This document shows, one piece after another, positions 22,394 to 24,834 of a stretch of DNA of 24,834 nt (position 1 is its first letter; each line of letters starts with the position of its first letter). Below the pieces are notes generated by a model. The model did no database searches. It was not told the DNA's origin and worked only from the letters and a program-made list of their open reading frames with translations. The position numbers were made by a program, and so were the translations under genes. Source of the DNA: Candidatus Methylomirabilia bacterium (lineage in GTDB: Bacteria > Methylomirabilota > Methylomirabilia > Rokubacteriales > CSP1-6); assembly GCA_041496385.1 (NCBI GenBank), contig JBGQEL010000058.1, forward strand, positions 1-24,834. Direction: 5' to 3'.

Positions 22394-23641
22394 ATGCGCA
22401 TCCGCGCCGTCCTCGCCCTGGCGTTCCTCGCGACGAGCCTCGCCGCCCTCACGGCGGTGACGCGCCTCTACATCTGGCCCGGCGCACCGGCGCCCATGCT
22501 GCTCGCCGTACCGGCGCCGCCCCCGGCGATCGGGCCTCGCCCGGTGTTCCCGATCACGACCCGGAGCGTCCAGATCCGCCGCGGAGACAGTTTCGTGACC
22601 GCGCTCGCCCGCGAGGGCGTGGAGCCGCGCGTGGCCGCCGACCTCGCCGCGCTCCTCGCGCGCCGGGGTGCCGAGCTCCGCAAGCTCCAGCCGCGCGACG
22701 GCCTCGTGATCGCCTGGAACGTCCGGCGCGAGCCCGTCGAGGTCCGCTACACGCCGAGCGCGTGGGTGCGGTACGCGGCTGCCGCGCAGACGGGGAGCTG
22801 GGTGGTCACGCGCACGGAGACCGAGCCCGTCGTGCGCGTCGAGGCGGTCGAGGGCGAGGTGCGCCGTTCCCTCTTCGAGTCGATCGACGCCGTCGGCGAG
22901 TCGCCGCAGCTCGTCCTGGCGATGGTCGAGATCTTCTCCTCCGACTTCGACTTCACCGCGGACACCCGCCCGGGCGACCGCTACCGCCTGCTGGTCGAGA
23001 AGCGCTACGCCAACGGCGGGTTCGTCGACTACGGCCGCATCCTCGTCGCGCAGTATCTCTCGGACGGACGCACGCTCTCCGGCGTGGGCTTCGCGCGGAG
23101 CGGCGAGCCGCGCTGGGCCTTCTACGACCCCGACGGCCGCTCGCTGAAGAAGAGCTTCCTGAAGTCGCCGCTCGAGTTCACGCGGATAACCTCCGGCTTC
23201 ACCTACGCGCGTCCGCACCCGATCCTCGGCGGCGTCCGGCCGCACCTGGCGATCGACTACGCGGCGCCCGTGGGCACGCCGGTGCGCGCCGTGGCCGACG
23301 GCGTCGTCGCCGCGGCCGGGTGGGATGGCGGCAACGGCGTCTCGATCACGGTCCGCCACCGCTCGGGCTACGCCACGATGTACAACCATCTCTCCAAGCT
23401 CGCCGCGGGCGTGCGCCGCGGCACGCGCGTGAGCCAGCGCCAGGTGATCGGCTACGTCGGCATGACGGGCCTGGCAACCGGTCCGCACCTCGACTACCGC
23501 GTCGCCAGGGACGGCCAGTTCGTGAACCCGCTCAGCGAGAAGTTCATCCCGGGCGAGCCGATCGCCGGCGCCGAGCGCGCGCGCTTCCTCGAGCAGGCCC
23601 AGGTCGCGCTCAGCCGCCTCGCCACCGCCGCGCCGTTCTAG
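22394..23641 (+). CDS. M23 family peptidoglycan DD-metalloendopeptidase (MepM-like)
   Basis: N-terminal hydrophobic anchor; FLKSPLEFTRITSGF, R.HPILG, HLAIDYAAPVGTPV, YNHLS, TGPHLDY. Confidence 0.92.
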   Translation: MRIRAVLALAFLATSLAALTAVTRLYIWPGAPAPMLLAVPAPPPAIGPRPVFPITTRSVQIRRGDSFVTALAREGVEPRVAADLAALLARRGAELRKLQPRDGLVIAWNVRREPVEVRYTPSAWVRYAAAAQTGSWVVTRTETEPVVRVEAVEGEVRRSLFESIDAVGESPQLVLAMVEIFSSDFDFTADTRPGDRYRLLVEKRYANGGFVDYGRILVAQYLSDGRTLSGVGFARSGEPRWAFYDPDGRSLKKSFLKSPLEFTRITSGFTYARPHPILGGVRPHLAIDYAAPVGTPVRAVADGVVAAAGWDGGNGVSITVRHRSGYATMYNHLSKLAAGVRRGTRVSQRQVIGYVGMTGLATGPHLDYRVARDGQFVNPLSEKFIPGEPIAGAERARFLEQAQVALSRLATAAPF

Positions 23642-23724
23642 GTTCACCGGGCGAGCCGTTTCCGGAAGTCCCCGCAGCGCTTTACCCGCGCGTTTCGCGA
23701 CCTCGCTGGAATCGAGCCCCGCAT

Positions 23725-23747
23725 CGGTGTCAGAAAATCTTACACCG
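23725..23747. promoter_or_regulatory. Dyad, putative transcription-factor binding site
   Basis: CGGTGTCAGA-AAA-TCTTACACCG: 10-bp arms with one mismatch, ending 13 nt before the -35 box. Confidence 0.6.
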
Positions 23748-23760
23748 TGACCCTTTGGTG

Positions 23761-23789
23761 TTGACTTCATGGAGGAGGGTTCCTAGAGT
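23761..23789 (+). promoter_or_regulatory. Sigma70-type promoter for the LamG/FN3 gene
   Basis: TTGACT (23761-23766), exact 17-nt spacer, TAGAGT (23784-23789). Confidence 0.72.
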
Positions 23790-23850
23790 CGATTGCAGTA
23801 CCCCGTTTCCAACCATCTTGAAGTGACTCGGTGGTCCTGGAGGAGCTCAC

Positions 23851-24834
23851 GTGGTCCGATCGCCCGCCTCGACTCTCGCGCCCGCCCTCGCCCTCGTCGT
23901 CCTCGCGCTGACCGTCGCCTCGACCGGGGGATTCGCGTCGGCGCAGTCGGGCGGGCTGGTGGCGGCGTACTCGTTCAGCGAGGGGACGGGGACGACGGTG
24001 ACGGACGCGTCGGGAAACGGCAACACGGGGACGATCAGCGGCGCCACGTGGACGACGGCGGGAAAATTCGGGAACGCGCTGGCGTTCAACGGGACGAATG
24101 CGCGGGTGACGGTGCCGAATGCGGCGTCGCTGCAGCTGACGACGGGGATGACGCTGGAGGCGTGGGTGTACCCGACGGTCACGCCGTCCTACTGGCGGGC
24201 GGTGATCGACAAGAACACGGACGGGTACTACCTCCTCGCGGGATCGCCGGGGGACCTGCCGGGCGTGGGTGCGACGTTCGCGAGCGGCAACGTGAACATC
24301 TTCGGGACCGCCGTGCTGACGGTGAACACGTGGACGCACCTGGCGTCGACGTTCGACGGGGCGACGCTGCGGCTGTACGTGAACGGGGTCCAGGTCGCGA
24401 GCCAGGCACAGACGGCGCCGCTGGCGGCGACGACAGGGACGCTGCAGATCGGCGGCGATACGTACGGCGAGTATTTCCAGGGCACGATAGACGAGGTGCG
24501 GATCTACAGCGTGGCATTGACGGCGGCCCAGATCCAGGCGGACATGACCACGCCGGTGGCGCCGCCGGGCCCGGACACGCAGCCGCCGACCGCGCCGGCG
24601 AACCTGACGGCAACAGCGGTGAGTGGGACGCAGATCAACCTGAACTGGACGGCGGCGACGGACAACGTCGGCGTGACGGGGTATCTTGTCGAGCAATGCG
24701 CGGGGGCGGGGTGCTCGAGCTTCGCGCAGATCGGGACGACGACCACAGCGACGACCTTCAGCAACACGGGCCTGACGGCGGGCACGAGCTACAGCTACCG
24801 GGTGCGGGCGACGGACGCGGCCAACAATCTCGGG
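23851..24834 (+). CDS. Secreted LamG-like jellyroll + fibronectin type III protein (partial, runs off window)
   Basis: GGAGG SD, GTG start, in-frame stop upstream at 23824. Signal peptide (...LALVVLALTVA..ASA/Q). LamG motifs GLVAAYSFSEG..DASGNGN, MTLEAWV, WTHLA.TFDG..RLYVNG, FQGTIDEVRIY. FN3 motifs DTQPPTAPANL..INLNWTA.TDNVGVTGY..YSYRVRATDAA. Missing from the ORF track because there is no stop in the window. Confidence 0.9.
   Translation, partial: MVRSPASTLAPALALVVLALTVASTGGFASAQSGGLVAAYSFSEGTGTTVTDASGNGNTGTISGATWTTAGKFGNALAFNGTNARVTVPNAASLQLTTGMTLEAWVYPTVTPSYWRAVIDKNTDGYYLLAGSPGDLPGVGATFASGNVNIFGTAVLTVNTWTHLASTFDGATLRLYVNGVQVASQAQTAPLAATTGTLQIGGDTYGEYFQGTIDEVRIYSVALTAAQIQADMTTPVAPPGPDTQPPTAPANLTATAVSGTQINLNWTAATDNVGVTGYLVEQCAGAGCSSFAQIGTTTTATTFSNTGLTAGTSYSYRVRATDAANNLG

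Noticed and set aside
23767..24785. Minus-strand ORFs at the right end
   Set aside because: Antisense shadows of the LamG/FN3 gene, which has an SD, a signal peptide and clear domain motifs.

Overview
High-GC bacterial core-genome window. Gene content and style suggest a diderm such as Candidatus Rokubacteria/Methylomirabilota, but this is inference only. Most of the window is one tightly packed + strand gene run: trpB, trpA, accD, folC, lptD, DegT-family aminotransferase, UDP-sugar dehydrogenase, UbiA-family polyprenyl-phosphate phosphoribosyltransferase, DUF362, gltX, histidine phosphatase, Na/Pi cotransporter, glnB, glnE, polA, coaE, [antisense broken 2H phosphoesterase], rsmA, M23 peptidase. 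After this comes a separately promoted, secreted LamG+FN3 protein that runs off the right edge and is absent from the ORF track. I found no rRNA, tRNA, CRISPR array or transposase. Most notable observations: (1) a 54-bp tandem array over the trpB start, each unit folding into a hairpin with two tandem G·A pairs; (2) a lptD-DegT-sugar dehydrogenase-UbiA-DUF362 envelope module lacking DprE1/E2; (3) a Pol I with a natural Tyr at the F762/F667 position and a degenerate proofreading domain; (4) a probable CTG start for glnE coupled to glnB; (5) an MKRR mini-ORF bridging ubiA and DUF362; (6) an internally deleted antisense 2H gene inside the operon; (7) a dyad about 60 bp upstream of the predicted start of a near-consensus sigma70 promoter.
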